Positions 51,816 through 63,849 of a DNA stretch of 64,000 nt are shown piece by piece. The notes under the pieces were generated by a model, which saw only the letters and a list, made by a program, of their open reading frames with translations, ran no database searches and was not told where the DNA came from. Position 1 is the first letter of the stretch. Each line of letters opens with the position of its first letter. Source of the DNA: Bdellovibrionota bacterium (GTDB lineage: Bacteria; Bdellovibrionota_C; UBA2361; JAAYZI01); NCBI GenBank assembly GCA_050950765.1, contig JBMNIF010000002.1:1024001-1088000 (forward strand). The letters run 5' to 3'. Both the position numbers and the translations under genes were made by a program.

Positions 51816-52814
51816 ATGTTTTGTATTTCAGGACGTGATCTAGCGGTAGATTTGGGAACCTCCAATACACTGGTGTATATAAAAGGTAAGGGGGTCGTGC
51901 TTAATGAGCCTAGTGTTGTAGCTTTAAAGCAGCGTGGTAAGCGTCGAACTCCGATCGCGTTTGGAGCTGAAGCTAAAAATATCTTGGGGAAAGCTCCAGA
52001 AGGAGTGGTGGTGGTGCGCCCTGTTAGAGCAGGCGTTATCTCTGATTTTGAATCAGCTGGGATAATGCTAAATCAATTTTTAAGAACAGCTTTAAAGGCG
52101 CGTAGCTTTATAAAACCGCAAGTTGTAGTTACGGTTCCAAATACGATCTCAGAAGTTGAGAAGAGAGCTATTCGAGATTCTATTGAAGGAAGTGCTTCGA
52201 TTAAATTAATAGATCAAGCTATGGCTGCTGCTATCGGATCTGATCTGCCTGTGAAAGAACCTTCTGCTAGTATGATCGTTGATATCGGGGGTGGTACAAC
52301 GGACGTTGCTGTAATCAGTATGGGACAACTTGTTTGTTGTCAATCGGCGAGACAGGGAGGGGAGGCGGTTGATGATGCTATTATAAATTACCTTAGACGC
52401 CATCATCAGTTTATTATTGGAGAGACGACGGCCGAAAATATCAAAAAAACGTTAGGCTCTGCGCAGGCAGAGTACGATGATGAAGAGATGGAGGTGCGGG
52501 GGCGCAGTGTGACTAAAGGCACCCCTGCTACTACGGTCGTAACAAGTGGAGAGATAAGAGCTGCTATTGCAGAGCCTCTTAGTGGGATAATTTCAACGAT
52601 ACGTCACACCTTAGAGGTGACTCCGCCTGAGTTGGCAGGGGATATTATGTCAATCGGGTTAGTGCTGGTTGGAGGTGGTGCGCTCTTGCGTGGTTTAGAT
52701 CGCTTGATCTCTGATGAATTGCAAGTCGCTGTAAGAATTGCCGAAGATCCGCTAGGGGCGATCGTGGCAGGGGCTGGGAAGTGTTTGGAAAAAAATATCT
52801 CTGATGAGATTTAA
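51816..52814 (+). CDS. mreB: MreB/Mbl family actin-like protein (divergent)
   Basis: DLGTSNT, EPSVVA, VDIGGGTTD, GGGALL. Confidence 0.9.
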   Translation: MFCISGRDLAVDLGTSNTLVYIKGKGVVLNEPSVVALKQRGKRRTPIAFGAEAKNILGKAPEGVVVVRPVRAGVISDFESAGIMLNQFLRTALKARSFIKPQVVVTVPNTISEVEKRAIRDSIEGSASIKLIDQAMAAAIGSDLPVKEPSASMIVDIGGGTTDVAVISMGQLVCCQSARQGGEAVDDAIINYLRRHHQFIIGETTAENIKKTLGSAQAEYDDEEMEVRGRSVTKGTPATTVVTSGEIRAAIAEPLSGIISTIRHTLEVTPPELAGDIMSIGLVLVGGGALLRGLDRLISDELQVAVRIAEDPLGAIVAGAGKCLEKNISDEI

Positions 52815-53438
52815 GGGTCAAATAGTGGCTCTGTAAGCCTTAAAACCGTTAGGTAAAACTCTAAAATCGGTTACAACTTTTTAAAAAGTGCGCTTCTTCT
52901 CTTATGGCGCAGATCGTTGCCACGCATCTACCGAGTATGCTCGGTAGATGTTAATTGAAAGGTTTGCTGTTGTAAAAAGTTTGTAAAATTTAAAAAATCT
53001 TATATAATCCCCGTGTAAAATTCTTCTTGACAGGAAGAACTTAATCGAGGGAGCGTGGCACTGATTAAGGGTCATAAAAACGAGAAAAATACAATTTTTT
53101 TTATTTATTTTATCTTTTTTATCTGATTTCATTGACATAATCGCTCCATAGATGATAACAAAGCGCGTCGTTTCAAGACTGCAAGCTTTTAGTTCGCTGT
53201 TTTGAGGAGATGCAAGGCTTCCACCTCGGGGAAGTAACCATCTCATGACGTTTTGCTGCCAGATTCAACCTCTACGGTTGCCAATCTTAACCGAGGATAA
53301 GCAGCGAAATAGTATAAACGTGTTGAGATAGAGAAGTTGTCTTTTGTTCCCTTCTCTCTCTGATCTGATGCGTGTTGCGTCGTGCGATGTGTGTCGGATT
53401 TTGTAAGTTCGAATAATTGGATCGATGGAGCGGCTGGT

Positions 53439-53810
53439 ATGCCAACTATTAATCAGTTAGTACGTAATCGTAGGCAGGATAAGAGATACAAGAGTAAAAG
53501 TCCTGCCCTTAAAGAGTGTCCACAAAGACGTGGAGTTTGCACCCGTGTTTACACGCAAACTCCGAAGAAGCCTAACTCAGCTTTGCGTAAGGTAGCAAAG
53601 GTTAGACTTACGACAGGGGTGGAGGTTGCTTCTTATATCCCTGGAATTGGGCATAATCTGCAGGAGCACTCAGTTGTGTTAATTCGTGGTGGTCGTGTTA
53701 GAGACCTCCCAGGTGTTAGGTACCATATTATCCGTGGTAAGCTTGAAGCGCAGGGAGTACAGGGACGTCAGCAGAGTCGTTCTAAGTACGGTGCTAAGAG
53801 ACCTAAGTAA
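53439..53810 (+). CDS. rpsL: 30S ribosomal protein S12
   Basis: [17 protein letters not shown]. Confidence 0.99.
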   Translation: MPTINQLVRNRRQDKRYKSKSPALKECPQRRGVCTRVYTQTPKKPNSALRKVAKVRLTTGVEVASYIPGIGHNLQEHSVVLIRGGRVRDLPGVRYHIIRGKLEAQGVQGRQQSRSKYGAKRPK

Positions 53811-53852
53811 CGTTTGTGTGTTGATTTTTAATCGTCCCGTTTGGGGGGTGTT

Positions 53853-54323
53853 ATGACAAGAAAGAAAAGAGATTTTTCCCGTCCGATTCTTCCGGATCCT
53901 AAGTATGGCGACACTGTTTTAGCTAAGGCTATGAATGTTATTATGCGTGATGGCAAGAAAAGTGTTGCTGAGAAAGCGCTCTATAATGCGTTAGAGATTA
54001 TGCAGAGTAAGTTAAAAGCGGATCCGTTGGAGAGTTTTAGAAAGGCGCTCTCTAATATTGAGCCTGTGGTTGAGGTGCGCTCTCGTCGTGTTGGTGGTGC
54101 TACTTATCAGGTGCCGACGGAGGTTAGCGCAAAACGTGGGCAGGCTTTAGCTTTGAGGTGGCTTGTTAAATATGCCAATGCTCGTAGTGAGCGTACCCTC
54201 GCAGAGAGACTTTCTGGAGAGTTAATGGACGCTTTGCAAGGACGTGGTGCTTGTGTGAAGAAGAGGGAGGATACCCATAGAATGGCAGAAGCCAACAAGG
54301 CGTTTGCACATTTCCGTTGGTAA
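53853..54323 (+). CDS. rpsG: 30S ribosomal protein S7
   Basis: [23 protein letters not shown]. Confidence 0.99.
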   Translation: MTRKKRDFSRPILPDPKYGDTVLAKAMNVIMRDGKKSVAEKALYNALEIMQSKLKADPLESFRKALSNIEPVVEVRSRRVGGATYQVPTEVSAKRGQALALRWLVKYANARSERTLAERLSGELMDALQGRGACVKKREDTHRMAEANKAFAHFRW

Positions 54324-54470
54324 TTTTTTTACTCAGCTCGATTTCCTTTTTTTGTTGATAACGTTGCAAAGTGTGGAAATGTGATTGCTGTGATGTTTTG
54401 AATGGCAGATCTTAATGGTGGAGATCTGTAAAATGACACTGAATTATATCTTTCAGTGGGTGAGGTAAAA

Positions 54471-56570
54471 GTGGCGAAAGTAAACCTTGAAAGGGTACGA
54501 AATATCGGAATTATGGCGCATATTGATGCGGGTAAGACAACTACGACCGAGCGTATCCTTTTTTATACCGGTGTTAATTACAAAGTTGGCGAAACCCATG
54601 AGGGTGCGGCTACTATGGATTTCATGGAGTTGGAGCAGGAGAGGGGGATTACTATCGCTTCTGCTGCTACTACGTGTGAGTGGAGAGGCTCTTATGCTGA
54701 CCGTCCTGCGCATAAGATTAATATTATTGATACACCAGGTCACGTTGATTTTACGATTGAAGTTGAAAGAAGCCTTAGAGTCCTAGATGGTGCTGTGGCT
54801 GTCTTTGATGCTGTTTCTGGAGTTGAGCCCCAGTCTGAAACGGTCTGGAGGCAAGCTAATAAGTTTAATGTTCCTAGGATCTGTTTTATCAATAAGATGG
54901 ATCGTGTCGGGGCTGATTTTGATAAGTGTTATGAGTCGATCTGTTCAAGGCTACATGCAGAGGCTCTACCAATTCAAATTCCGATCGGTGCTGAAGCCAA
55001 CTTCCAAGGGGTTATCGATCTAGTTCAGATGAAGGCCATCGTTTTTGTTGAAGGGACGATGGGATCGAAGTTTAATGTGGAAGATATTCCAGCTGATTTA
55101 AAAGAGAAGGCTGAAAAGGCTAGAGAGCATATGCTGGAGGGCTTGGCTGATACTGATGAAGGTATCATGGAGAAGTATCTGCAAGGTGATGAACTTTCCA
55201 GTGCCGAGATAATTGCTGCTATTCGTAAAGCCACTGTGGAGATGAAGATCTTCCCGATGCTTTGTGGAACTGCTTTTAAGAACAAGGGTGTGCAACCTTT
55301 GTTGGATGCTATTATAGATTTTCTTCCATCCCCGTTAGATGTTCCAGCGGTGAAGGGTTATCCGATGGATAGCAAGGAGGGTGAAGAGCCTTCTATTGAG
55401 AGAAAAGCCAGTGATAGTGAGCCGTTTTCTGCCTTAGCGTTTAAGATAGTTACAGATCCGTACGTCGGTGTTCTGACCTTCTTCCGTGTTTATTCTGGAA
55501 AAATTGCAGCTGGTGCCACTGTTTTGAACTCTACTAGAGATAGTAAAGAGCGTTTCGGTCGTATCCTTAGGATACATGCGGATAAACGTGAAGAGATTAA
55601 AGAGCTCTCTACCGGTGATATCGGTGCGGCAGTGGGCTTAAAGGAAGTTGTGACAGGTGATACCTTGTGTGATCCTGCGAATCCTGTTGTCTTTGAAAGT
55701 ATATTTGCTCCGGAGCCTGTTATTAGTGTGGCGATGGAAGCTAAAACGAAATCTGACGCAGATAAACTTACAACTGCCCTGTTAAAGTTAACTAAGGAAG
55801 ATCCGTCATTAAAATTTAAGTCCGATGAAGAGACAGGGCAACTCGTGGTTTCTGGCATGGGTGAGCTGCATCTCGATATTATTAGACAACGTCTACTACG
55901 TGAGTTTGGTGTTGATTGTACCGTAGGCAAGCCGCAGGTAGCTTACAGAGAAACTGTTAAAACTAAGATTGAACATCAACTTAAATACGCCAAACAATCT
56001 GGTGGTCGTGGACAATATGCTGAGGTTTATTTACGTGTTGAGCCGCTGGGACGTGGTGGTGGATTCGAGTTTGTTGATGAGATTAAAGGTGGGGTGGTTC
56101 CTAAAGAGTATATCGGACCTACGAAGGCCGGTGTTGAGGACGCTTTGAAGAGCGGTGCTCTTGCAGGATTCCCCGTAATTGATGTAAAAGTGACGCTTTA
56201 TTTCGGTAGTTTTCATGAAGTTGACTCTAGCGAGATGGCGTTTAGGATTTGTGGTTCTATGTGCTTCAAGGAAGCGTGTCGTAAGGCTGGTATGGAGCTA
56301 CTTGAACCGATTATGTCGTTGGAAGTTGTTTCTCCTGATGAATTCGTTAGTAACGTTGTCGGAGATCTCAATAGAAGGCGTGCAAGAATTTTAGGCATGT
56401 CAGCACGTGGAGGTGCACAGGCTATCAAGGCAAGTGTTCCACTGTCTGAGATGTTCGGTTATGCCACGGACTTGCGCTCGAGCTCTCAAGGTCGAGCAAT
56501 GTTTACCATGGAGTATGACCATTACGATGTGGTGCCTGCGCAGATTGCTGAAGGGATTACTACTAAGTAG
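54471..56570 (+). CDS. fusA: elongation factor G
   Basis: [29 protein letters not shown] start after GAGG. Confidence 0.99.
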   Translation: MAKVNLERVRNIGIMAHIDAGKTTTTERILFYTGVNYKVGETHEGAATMDFMELEQERGITIASAATTCEWRGSYADRPAHKINIIDTPGHVDFTIEVERSLRVLDGAVAVFDAVSGVEPQSETVWRQANKFNVPRICFINKMDRVGADFDKCYESICSRLHAEALPIQIPIGAEANFQGVIDLVQMKAIVFVEGTMGSKFNVEDIPADLKEKAEKAREHMLEGLADTDEGIMEKYLQGDELSSAEIIAAIRKATVEMKIFPMLCGTAFKNKGVQPLLDAIIDFLPSPLDVPAVKGYPMDSKEGEEPSIERKASDSEPFSALAFKIVTDPYVGVLTFFRVYSGKIAAGATVLNSTRDSKERFGRILRIHADKREEIKELSTGDIGAAVGLKEVVTGDTLCDPANPVVFESIFAPEPVISVAMEAKTKSDADKLTTALLKLTKEDPSLKFKSDEETGQLVVSGMGELHLDIIRQRLLREFGVDCTVGKPQVAYRETVKTKIEHQLKYAKQSGGRGQYAEVYLRVEPLGRGGGFEFVDEIKGGVVPKEYIGPTKAGVEDALKSGALAGFPVIDVKVTLYFGSFHEVDSSEMAFRICGSMCFKEACRKAGMELLEPIMSLEVVSPDEFVSNVVGDLNRRRARILGMSARGGAQAIKASVPLSEMFGYATDLRSSSQGRAMFTMEYDHYDVVPAQIAEGITTK

Positions 56571-56663
56571 TAACCTTCCATTCCTGTGTTGGCTATCAGT
56601 TGAAAGGAGTTAATTTTACTATCTCGGATTTTTTTGTCCGAGTTACACAAAACGGAGCGTATT

Positions 56664-57860
56664 ATGGGTAAGCAAAAGTTTGAGCGTACAAAAGCTCATG
56701 TAAACGTCGGTACTATTGGCCACGTCGATCATGGTAAAACCACATTGACGGCAGCTATTCTTCAAGTGCAAGCAAAGAAAGGGCTTGCTACCGTGAAGAG
56801 CTATGCAGATATTGCAAAAGGCGGAACAGTACGTGACGATTCTAAAACAGTAACAATTCACAGTGCACACGTTGAGTATGAGACTCAAGCTCGTCACTAT
56901 GCACACGTTGACTGCCCAGGTCATGCTGACTACGTCAAAAACATGATTACCGGTGCAGCACAGATGGATGGTGCTATTCTTGTTGTTAGTGCAGCTGATG
57001 GTCCTATGCCACAGACTCGTGAGCACATCCTTCTCGCCAGACAGGTTAATGTACCTAAGATCGTAGTCTTCCTTAATAAGGTTGATATCGTTGACGATCC
57101 TGAATTACTTGATCTCGTTGAAATGGAAGTCATTGAGCTCCTTAATGAGTATGACTATCCAGGTGATGAGACTCCTATTATTCGTGGTAGTGCCTTGAAG
57201 GCATTGCAAGGAGAGGATAGTGAGGTTGGCGTTCAATCTATCGGAAAATTGATGGATGCTATTGATACCTATATTCCAGAGCCGACTCGCGATATCGATA
57301 AACCTTTCCTTTGCCCGATTGAAGATGTGTTCTCAATCGAAGGTCGTGGTACCGTTGCAACAGGTCGTATCGAGCGCGGTATTGTGAAGGTTGGTGATGA
57401 GATCGAGATCGTTGGTATTAAAGATACCACCAAGACGGTTGTAACGGGTGTAGAGATGTTTAATAAGACCCTTGATCAAGGTCAAGCTGGTGATAACGTT
57501 GGTCTTCTTCTCCGTGGTGTTAAGAGACAAGAGGTCGAGCGTGGTCAAGTTATTGCTAAGAAGGGTTCTATTATGCCTCATAAGAAATTCAAAGGTGAGG
57601 CTTACGTCTTGAAGAAAGAAGAGGGTGGTCGTCACAAACCTTTCTTCCCAGGATACCGTCCGCAGTTCTATTTCAGAACAACTGACGTAACCGGTTCTAT
57701 TAAGCTTCCAGAGGGTGTGGAGATGGCTATGCCAGGTGATCACGTTAATTTGGAAGTTGAACTTCATCAGCCGATCGCTCTTGAGCAAGGTGTGAGGTTC
57801 GCTGTTCGTGAAGGTGGCAAAACAGTAGGTTCTGGTATTGTTACCGAGATAATTGAATAG
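56664..57860 (+). CDS. tuf: elongation factor Tu
   Basis: [32 protein letters not shown]. Confidence 0.99.
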   Translation: MGKQKFERTKAHVNVGTIGHVDHGKTTLTAAILQVQAKKGLATVKSYADIAKGGTVRDDSKTVTIHSAHVEYETQARHYAHVDCPGHADYVKNMITGAAQMDGAILVVSAADGPMPQTREHILLARQVNVPKIVVFLNKVDIVDDPELLDLVEMEVIELLNEYDYPGDETPIIRGSALKALQGEDSEVGVQSIGKLMDAIDTYIPEPTRDIDKPFLCPIEDVFSIEGRGTVATGRIERGIVKVGDEIEIVGIKDTTKTVVTGVEMFNKTLDQGQAGDNVGLLLRGVKRQEVERGQVIAKKGSIMPHKKFKGEAYVLKKEEGGRHKPFFPGYRPQFYFRTTDVTGSIKLPEGVEMAMPGDHVNLEVELHQPIALEQGVRFAVREGGKTVGSGIVTEIIE

Positions 57861-57869
57861 TTCGAGTAA

Positions 57870-57901
57870 ATGGGGGCGTGTTCTTGGGGATACGCCCCCA
57901 T
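57870..57901 (+). other. strong hairpin between tuf and rpsJ (no U-tract)
   Basis: ATGGGGGCGTGT/ATACGCCCCCAT inverted repeat. Confidence 0.6.
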
Positions 57902-57923
57902 ATTGAGATAAGGAAAAATATCG

Positions 57924-58241
57924 ATGATAGGCGGCGGGCAGTTAATTCGTATTCGGTTAAGGGGTTATGATCATAAGCTGCTGGACTCTGCGGTGGCAGA
58001 GATAATTTTGGCAGTGCGTCGTACTGGTGGTAAGGTGGCAGGACCTATTCCGCTACCCACTAGAACCGAAAGGTATACAGTAAATCGTTCAACCTTTGTT
58101 GATAAAAAATCGCGCGAGCAGTTTGAGATGAGGACGCATAAACGTCTTTTGGATATTCTCGAGCCAACGCAGCAAACCATCGATGAACTTGGTAAGCTTG
58201 AGCTTTCCACCGGCGTTGATGTTGAGATTAAGCTGGAATAG
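57924..58241 (+). CDS. rpsJ: 30S ribosomal protein S10
   Basis: GPIPLPT, SREQFE. Confidence 0.98.
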   Translation: MIGGGQLIRIRLRGYDHKLLDSAVAEIILAVRRTGGKVAGPIPLPTRTERYTVNRSTFVDKKSREQFEMRTHKRLLDILEPTQQTIDELGKLELSTGVDVEIKLE

Positions 58242-58291
58242 TATCGATTTCTTGACAATGAGAAATTGATGTTCATGGAGCATTTTGAGGC

Positions 58292-58969
58292 ATGAGTTCA
58301 AAAAGACTATATCCCGAGGGTCTCTTAGGGAAAAAATTAGGAATGACGCACGTCACTGACGATGAAGGTAAGTGCATCCCTGTCACAGTAGTGGAGGTCG
58401 GTCCATGTTACGTTCTCGCTGTGCGTAGTCAAGAGAGCAATGGATATTCTGCTGTTCAATTAGGTTTTGGCAGCAAGAAACAGCAACGTGTAAATAAAGC
58501 TGCAATGGGGCATTTTGCGAAAGCAGGAAGGGGTGCCTTCTACCACGTTAATGAGATCCGTTGTGATGTTGAGAAGCTTGGCTGGAAGGATCTTGGGCAA
58601 GAGATTCGCGTTGCTGAGGTGTTTAACGAAGGTGAGTTAGTTGATATCACAGGTACCAGTATCGGACGAGGCTTCGCTGGTGTTGTGAAGAGACACGGTA
58701 TGAAAGGACAACCTGCCACTAGAGGTACCCATGAGTATCGTAGACATTCGGGTGCTGTTGGTTGTAGAAAAGATCCAGGTCGTGTGATTCCAGGGCATCC
58801 TATGGCTGGACAGAAAGGTAATGAGACCGTGACAGTTCAAAACCTTAAGGTCATTGCAGTTAGACCTGAAGAGAACCTTATATTGGTTCGTGGAGGAATT
58901 CCAGGATCCAAAGGTGGTCTTGTGACGGTTCGTAAGGCCGTTAAAGGTTATGGAGTTAAGGCGGCGTAG
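58292..58969 (+). CDS. rplC: 50S ribosomal protein L3
   Basis: [18 protein letters not shown]. Confidence 0.98.
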   Translation: MSSKRLYPEGLLGKKLGMTHVTDDEGKCIPVTVVEVGPCYVLAVRSQESNGYSAVQLGFGSKKQQRVNKAAMGHFAKAGRGAFYHVNEIRCDVEKLGWKDLGQEIRVAEVFNEGELVDITGTSIGRGFAGVVKRHGMKGQPATRGTHEYRRHSGAVGCRKDPGRVIPGHPMAGQKGNETVTVQNLKVIAVRPEENLILVRGGIPGSKGGLVTVRKAVKGYGVKAA

Positions 58970-59000
58970 TTGGTTGCCATATAGGAAGGAGATTTAAGAC

Positions 59001-59642
59001 GTGAGTGAGTTAAATTATCAGATACTGGATGCTAAAGGACAGGATGTCGGCTCCCTTGAGCTTAATCCTGATGTGTTCGGAGCTCCTATCCATCAAGATT
59101 CTGTGCATTTTGTTGTGCGTCAACAGTTGGCAGCACGGAGAGCGGGGACACACTCTGCTCTGGCGCGTTCTGATATGAAGGGAGGCGGAAAAAAACCTTT
59201 TAAACAGAAAGGAACAGGGCATGCTAGACAAGGCTCTAGGATATCTCCATTGAATCCAGGTGGCGCTATATTGTTTGGACCTTCTCCCCGTGATTATACC
59301 TTTAAGGTTCCTAGAAATGTCAGAAGAAAGGCTTTAGCGGCTGCGCTTTCTGATAAAGTTTTACAAGGGAACTTGAGGATAGTATCAGAGCTTCAGATCG
59401 AGTCTGGTAAGACTAAGGATATGAAAGCTTTTCTTGAAACAATAGGTGTGCAGGGGAAGGTCTTGGTTGTGCTTTCTAAAGAAGAGGCTGGAGCTGAGAA
59501 AGTTCGTCGGGCGGCTAATAATCTGCCGAACGTTGTAACATTACCGCCGGAGGGAGTTAATGTTTATGATCTTCTGAAAGCTAAGTTCTTGGTTGGAACG
59601 AAGACAGCTATTGAGGCTATTGAAGCTAGATTCCAAGCTTAG
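59001..59642 (+). CDS. rplD: 50S ribosomal protein L4
   Basis: KPFKQKGTGHARQGS. Confidence 0.98.
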   Translation: MSELNYQILDAKGQDVGSLELNPDVFGAPIHQDSVHFVVRQQLAARRAGTHSALARSDMKGGGKKPFKQKGTGHARQGSRISPLNPGGAILFGPSPRDYTFKVPRNVRRKALAAALSDKVLQGNLRIVSELQIESGKTKDMKAFLETIGVQGKVLVVLSKEEAGAEKVRRAANNLPNVVTLPPEGVNVYDLLKAKFLVGTKTAIEAIEARFQA

Positions 59643-59726
59643 TTATTCACCTGTTATTTTTGTTAGCTGGTGATGATTGTTTATTGTAAGGTGTGGTAAT
59701 TTTTGCGGCATCTAGGGATAAAAGTT

Positions 59727-60092
59727 ATGAGACAGAGAAGATTTTTTAAGAGAAAGAAATTGCAGGGGCAGCAGGAGGCGGTCAGCAGAAAGGTTTCGCT
59801 TTCGGATTATGCGTGCATTCTTTCTCCTGTTGTTACAGAGAAGAGCTCTATACTTCAGGGGGCTGAGGGTGGATCCGTAGTGACGTTTTTTGTGGATCGT
59901 CGGGCGGATAAGTTCAAAATAAAAGGTGCCATTGAGCGCATTTTTGAAGTTGAAGTCGCAGCGGTACGAACCTGTAACAGAATGGGTAAGTTAAAACGTA
60001 CTACACGCGCGGTTGGGCGTACAAAGCAGTATAAGAAAGCTTATGTGACGTTAAAACCAGGGTTCTCTATTGGAATAATTGAGGGAGTTTGA
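59727..60092 (+). CDS. rplW: 50S ribosomal protein L23
   Basis: PVVTEK, KKAYVTL; basic N-terminal extension. Confidence 0.95.
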   Translation: MRQRRFFKRKKLQGQQEAVSRKVSLSDYACILSPVVTEKSSILQGAEGGSVVTFFVDRRADKFKIKGAIERIFEVEVAAVRTCNRMGKLKRTTRAVGRTKQYKKAYVTLKPGFSIGIIEGV

Positions 60093-60094
60093 TC

Positions 60095-60922
60095 ATGAGT
60101 CTTAGAAAGTATAAGCCGACGACTTCCAGTCGTAGATTTTATTCTGTTTCTGATTTTAAAGAGATTACCACTGATCGCCCTTGTAAGGCTTTAGTGATCG
60201 GAAGGGGTAAGGCCGGTGGGCGTAATAATCAGGGACGGGAGACGAATATAAATGTTGGTGGTGGGCATAAAAAACGGTATCGTGTTATCGATTTCCGACG
60301 TAATAAATTAAATATCCCAGGAGTTGTGGCGACGATTGAATATGATCCTAATAGGACGGCTCGTATCGCTTTGATTAACTATGCCGATGGAGAGAAGAGA
60401 TATATCGTTGCGCCGCAAGGTCTTGAGGTCGGTCAGACAATTATGGCCGGTGAGTCTGCTGAGATTAAGCCAGGTAACTGTTTGCCATTAAGAGCGATCC
60501 CCTTAGGTGAAGATGTGCACAATATCGAGTTAAAGCTTGGTAAAGGTGGACAACTGGTTCGTTCTGCTGGTGGATCTGCTCGTGTCGCTGCTAAGGAAGG
60601 TCGTTATGTTTTAGTGAGATTACCTTCCGGTGAGATGAGAAAGGTTTTGGCAGAGTGTAGTGCAACCATAGGTGTTGTCGGTAATGCAGAACACTCCAAT
60701 CTTGATTTAGGAAAGGCGGGACGTAGTCGTTGGAAAAATCGTCGTCCTCATGTTAGGGGTGTGGCGAAGAATCCTGTTGACCATCCGATGGGTGGTGGAG
60801 AAGGAAAAACTTCTGGTGGTGGACATCCGATGTCTCCTACTGGGATTAAGGCTAAAGGGTTTAAAACTAGACACAATAAACGTACAGATCGTTTTATTGT
60901 GAGAAGAAGAGGTAAAAAATAA
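60095..60922 (+). CDS. rplB: 50S ribosomal protein L2
   Basis: [20 protein letters not shown]. Confidence 0.99.
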   Translation: MSLRKYKPTTSSRRFYSVSDFKEITTDRPCKALVIGRGKAGGRNNQGRETNINVGGGHKKRYRVIDFRRNKLNIPGVVATIEYDPNRTARIALINYADGEKRYIVAPQGLEVGQTIMAGESAEIKPGNCLPLRAIPLGEDVHNIELKLGKGGQLVRSAGGSARVAAKEGRYVLVRLPSGEMRKVLAECSATIGVVGNAEHSNLDLGKAGRSRWKNRRPHVRGVAKNPVDHPMGGGEGKTSGGGHPMSPTGIKAKGFKTRHNKRTDRFIVRRRGKK

Positions 60923-60940
60923 TTGATAGGAGATTAGGCT

Positions 60941-61216
60941 ATGCCTAGGTCAGTTAAAAAAGGTCCTTTCGTTGATGATCACCTACTTAAGTGGGTTGAG
61001 AGAGCAAGGAGTGGAAAACATAAAGGTGTTATAAAGACTTGGTCGCGTAGATCAATGGTGATACCTGAGATGGTGGGGCTTACGTTTGCAGTTCATAACG
61101 GCAAGAAATTTAATGCTGTTTTTGTAACTGATAATATGGTTGGGCATAAGTTAGGGGAGTTTTCTCCAACTCGTACTTACTACGGTCACACCTCGAAGGG
61201 TTCTAAGAAGAAATAG
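60941..61216 (+). CDS. rpsS: 30S ribosomal protein S19
   Basis: KKGPF, GHKLGEF. Confidence 0.99.
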   Translation: MPRSVKKGPFVDDHLLKWVERARSGKHKGVIKTWSRRSMVIPEMVGLTFAVHNGKKFNAVFVTDNMVGHKLGEFSPTRTYYGHTSKGSKKK

Positions 61217-61228
61217 GTAGGGGATGTA

Positions 61229-61594
61229 ATGGCAAGGCAAAGAGTAAATGATCAAGAGATAGTTGCACGCGCCGTTGCACGGAAGGCTCGTGTTTCAACA
61301 CAGAAGGTGCGTTTGATACTGGATTTGGTTCGTGGAAAGTTAGTCAGTGATGCGTTTAATATCCTTAAGGGTAATCCTCGAAAGGGAGCAGAGATCGTAG
61401 TTAAATTACTGGAATCTGCTGTTGCTAATGCAAAGGAGAGCTCTTCTTTGGTGGATATTGATAATCTTTGGATTGCGGAAGCGAAGGCTGATATGGGGAA
61501 AACGATGCGTCGTTGGTTACCTAGGGCTCACGGTAGGGCTACTCCGCTTAAAAAAAGAACGTCACATATTACAGTATCTTTATCAGAACGTTAG
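61229..61594 (+). CDS. rplV: 50S ribosomal protein L22
   Basis: SAVANA, PRAHGRA, TSHITV. Confidence 0.98.
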   Translation: MARQRVNDQEIVARAVARKARVSTQKVRLILDLVRGKLVSDAFNILKGNPRKGAEIVVKLLESAVANAKESSSLVDIDNLWIAEAKADMGKTMRRWLPRAHGRATPLKKRTSHITVSLSER

Positions 61595-61727
61595 GGCTGG
61601 GATTGATTTGTTTATGCTTTTTATGTAGTATCGCCGCCGTTTTTGAGAAGGGCGTTAGTTGTTCTTAAAAATAGGTGATAGATAAAGTTGCGGTGAATAA
61701 TTACAATGAATTGGGATAGATAGGTTT

Positions 61728-62390
61728 ATGGGACAGAAAGTAAATCCGCGAGGGTTGCGGATAGGAATAACTGAGACTTGGAGATCTAAATGGTTCTTTC
61801 GTCATGATATGGCGAAGTTTATCGGAGAGGATCTGAAGATTCGTGAGTTCGTTAAGAAGAAATTGCATACCGTTGGGGTGTCCCAGATAGAGATTGAGAG
61901 AGCTCCTGCTAGGGTGAAGATAAATATCTATTCTGCCAAGCCAGGTTTGATTATTGGTAAGAAGGGAAAGGATATTGAAGAGTTGCGTGCTAGTTTACGC
62001 AAACTTGTTTCGGCTGATGTTAGCTTGAACATTATAGAGGCTCGTAAGGCTGATACTAACGCTCAACTTATCGCTGAGAATATCGCGTTTCAACTTGAAA
62101 AACGTGTTAATTACAGAAGAGCTGCTAAAGAGGCTGTTACTAGAGCGATGAGGATGGGGGCTGAAGGGATTAAGGTGGTAGTTGGCGGTCGTCTGAATGG
62201 GGCTGAAATTGCTCGTACTGAGCAATACAAGGATGGACGTATTCCACTGCACACCTTGAGAGCTGATATTGATTACGGTTTCGCCGAAGCAAATACAACG
62301 TACGGAATTATTGGTATTAAAACGTGGGTCTTTAAAGGTGAGCGTTTTGGAGCTGATGAGCCTGTTTCACTTGAATCGGTACAGCTTTAA
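61728..62390 (+). CDS. rpsC: 30S ribosomal protein S3
   Basis: MGQKVNP, GRIPLHTLRADID. Confidence 0.99.
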   Translation: MGQKVNPRGLRIGITETWRSKWFFRHDMAKFIGEDLKIREFVKKKLHTVGVSQIEIERAPARVKINIYSAKPGLIIGKKGKDIEELRASLRKLVSADVSLNIIEARKADTNAQLIAENIAFQLEKRVNYRRAAKEAVTRAMRMGAEGIKVVVGGRLNGAEIARTEQYKDGRIPLHTLRADIDYGFAEANTTYGIIGIKTWVFKGERFGADEPVSLESVQL

Positions 62391-62415
62391 GATTTGGTTT
62401 TAGGAGAGTATTGCA

Positions 62416-62841
62416 ATGTTGCAACCAAAGAGGACGAAATATAGAAGACAGATGAAGCGCGCTGCTCATACTAAGGGCACGGAGACGCGTGGGGTTGATT
62501 TACATTTTGGTGATTACGCTTTGCGTGCTTTAGAGCCGGAGTGGGTTACAGATCGTCATATCGAAGCTGGTAGGGTTGCTATCTCTCGTAAGGCTAGAAG
62601 AGGCGCTTTGATCTATATTAGAATTTTTCCAGACAAACCCCTTACTTCAAAACCTGCTGAGGTTCGTATGGGAAAAGGAAAAGGCGCTCCTGAAAAGTGG
62701 GTTGCTGAGGTTAAAGCTGGGCGTATCTTGTATGAGATCTCCGGTGTTAGTGGTGATGTGGCAAAGGAAGCATTAAGGCTTGCTATGTCTAAAATGCCGA
62801 TGCGGTGTGAAATTGTCTCTCGCAGTAAGTGTCTTTTGTAG
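62416..62841 (+). CDS. rplP: 50S ribosomal protein L16
   Basis: RMGKGKG. Confidence 0.99.
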   Translation: MLQPKRTKYRRQMKRAAHTKGTETRGVDLHFGDYALRALEPEWVTDRHIEAGRVAISRKARRGALIYIRIFPDKPLTSKPAEVRMGKGKGAPEKWVAEVKAGRILYEISGVSGDVAKEALRLAMSKMPMRCEIVSRSKCLL

Positions 62842-62858
62842 TCGAGTGGAGGAGAAGG

Positions 62859-63086
62859 ATGAAGGATCGCGAGTTTATCAATGAATTACGAAATAAAAGT
62901 GATTCTGAATTAAAGGAAGAGGCTCGGCGTATTGCAGATGAGCTGATGAAGTTGGGTTTTAGAAGAGCTGTCGGAAGAGAGGAGAACGTCCATCAGGTAA
63001 AGGCTTTGCGCAGAAATTTAGCTAGGGTTCACACCATTCGTTCAGAAAAATGTTTAGAAAAAAAGAGGAATGCTGGTAGTAACTAA
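62859..63086 (+). CDS. rpmC: 50S ribosomal protein L29
   Basis: ELR...EL...RRNLARVHT; gene order. Confidence 0.93.
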   Translation: MKDREFINELRNKSDSELKEEARRIADELMKLGFRRAVGREENVHQVKALRRNLARVHTIRSEKCLEKKRNAGSN

Positions 63087-63122
63087 TTGTTTTGGTGAAA
63101 AGTTTATTTAGGAAATAGTGGT

Positions 63123-63392
63123 ATGGATCAAGAGAATAAGACACGTGGGGCTGCTAAGGTTCGTGAAGGTGTTGTGGTTTCGAATAGTATGCAGAAGACG
63201 GTAGTTGTTGAAACTAAACGTCTTATGAAGCACAAAGTTTATGGAAAGTTTATCCGTAAGTCGAAGAAGTTTTATGCTCATGATGAGTTAGGCGCTTGTG
63301 CGGTTGGTGATACGGTTAGAATTGTTGAGACTCGTCCATTAAGCAAAATGAAGAGATGGAAGGTCAAAGAGATATTGGTGAAAGCCCAGTAA
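63123..63392 (+). CDS. rpsQ: 30S ribosomal protein S17
   Basis: [16 protein letters not shown]. Confidence 0.98.
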   Translation: MDQENKTRGAAKVREGVVVSNSMQKTVVVETKRLMKHKVYGKFIRKSKKFYAHDELGACAVGDTVRIVETRPLSKMKRWKVKEILVKAQ

Positions 63393-63434
63393 GTTCTCCC
63401 GTAAGTTTTAGAGTGATGATTTCGAGGTGATGTT

Positions 63435-63803
63435 ATGATTCAGGTGAACACGGTTCTTGGTGTGGCTGATAACTCAGGGGCTAAGAAACTTATTTGTGTT
63501 AAGGTGATCGGTGGTTCAAGGAGACGTTTTGCTACTGTTGGCGACATTATTGTTGTGGCTGTGAGAGAGACTGCTCCTAACTCTAAGATCGCTAAGGGAA
63601 CAGTACGTAAGGCAGTTATCGTTCGTACCGCTAAAGAGATTAAAAGAGTCGATGGCTCATATATTAAGTTTGATGATAACAGCGCTGTTTTAATTGATGC
63701 GAATAAAGAACCGATCGGAACTCGTATATTTGGACCTGTTGCGCGTGAGCTGCGTGCCAAGAGGTTTATGAAGATAATTTCACTTGCGTCAGAGGTGCTT
63801 TAA
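63435..63803 (+). CDS. rplN: 50S ribosomal protein L14
   Basis: [19 protein letters not shown]. Confidence 0.99.
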   Translation: MIQVNTVLGVADNSGAKKLICVKVIGGSRRRFATVGDIIVVAVRETAPNSKIAKGTVRKAVIVRTAKEIKRVDGSYIKFDDNSAVLIDANKEPIGTRIFGPVARELRAKRFMKIISLASEVL

Positions 63804-63849
63804 TTTATTAAGCTCTGATTTTTAGTTGATATTTATGGAGGGCTAAAAG

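Noticed and set aside
52902..53246. 114 aa minus-strand ORF
   Set aside because: Runs through an AT-rich promoter-like region antisense to the rpsL leader; no recognisable protein features.
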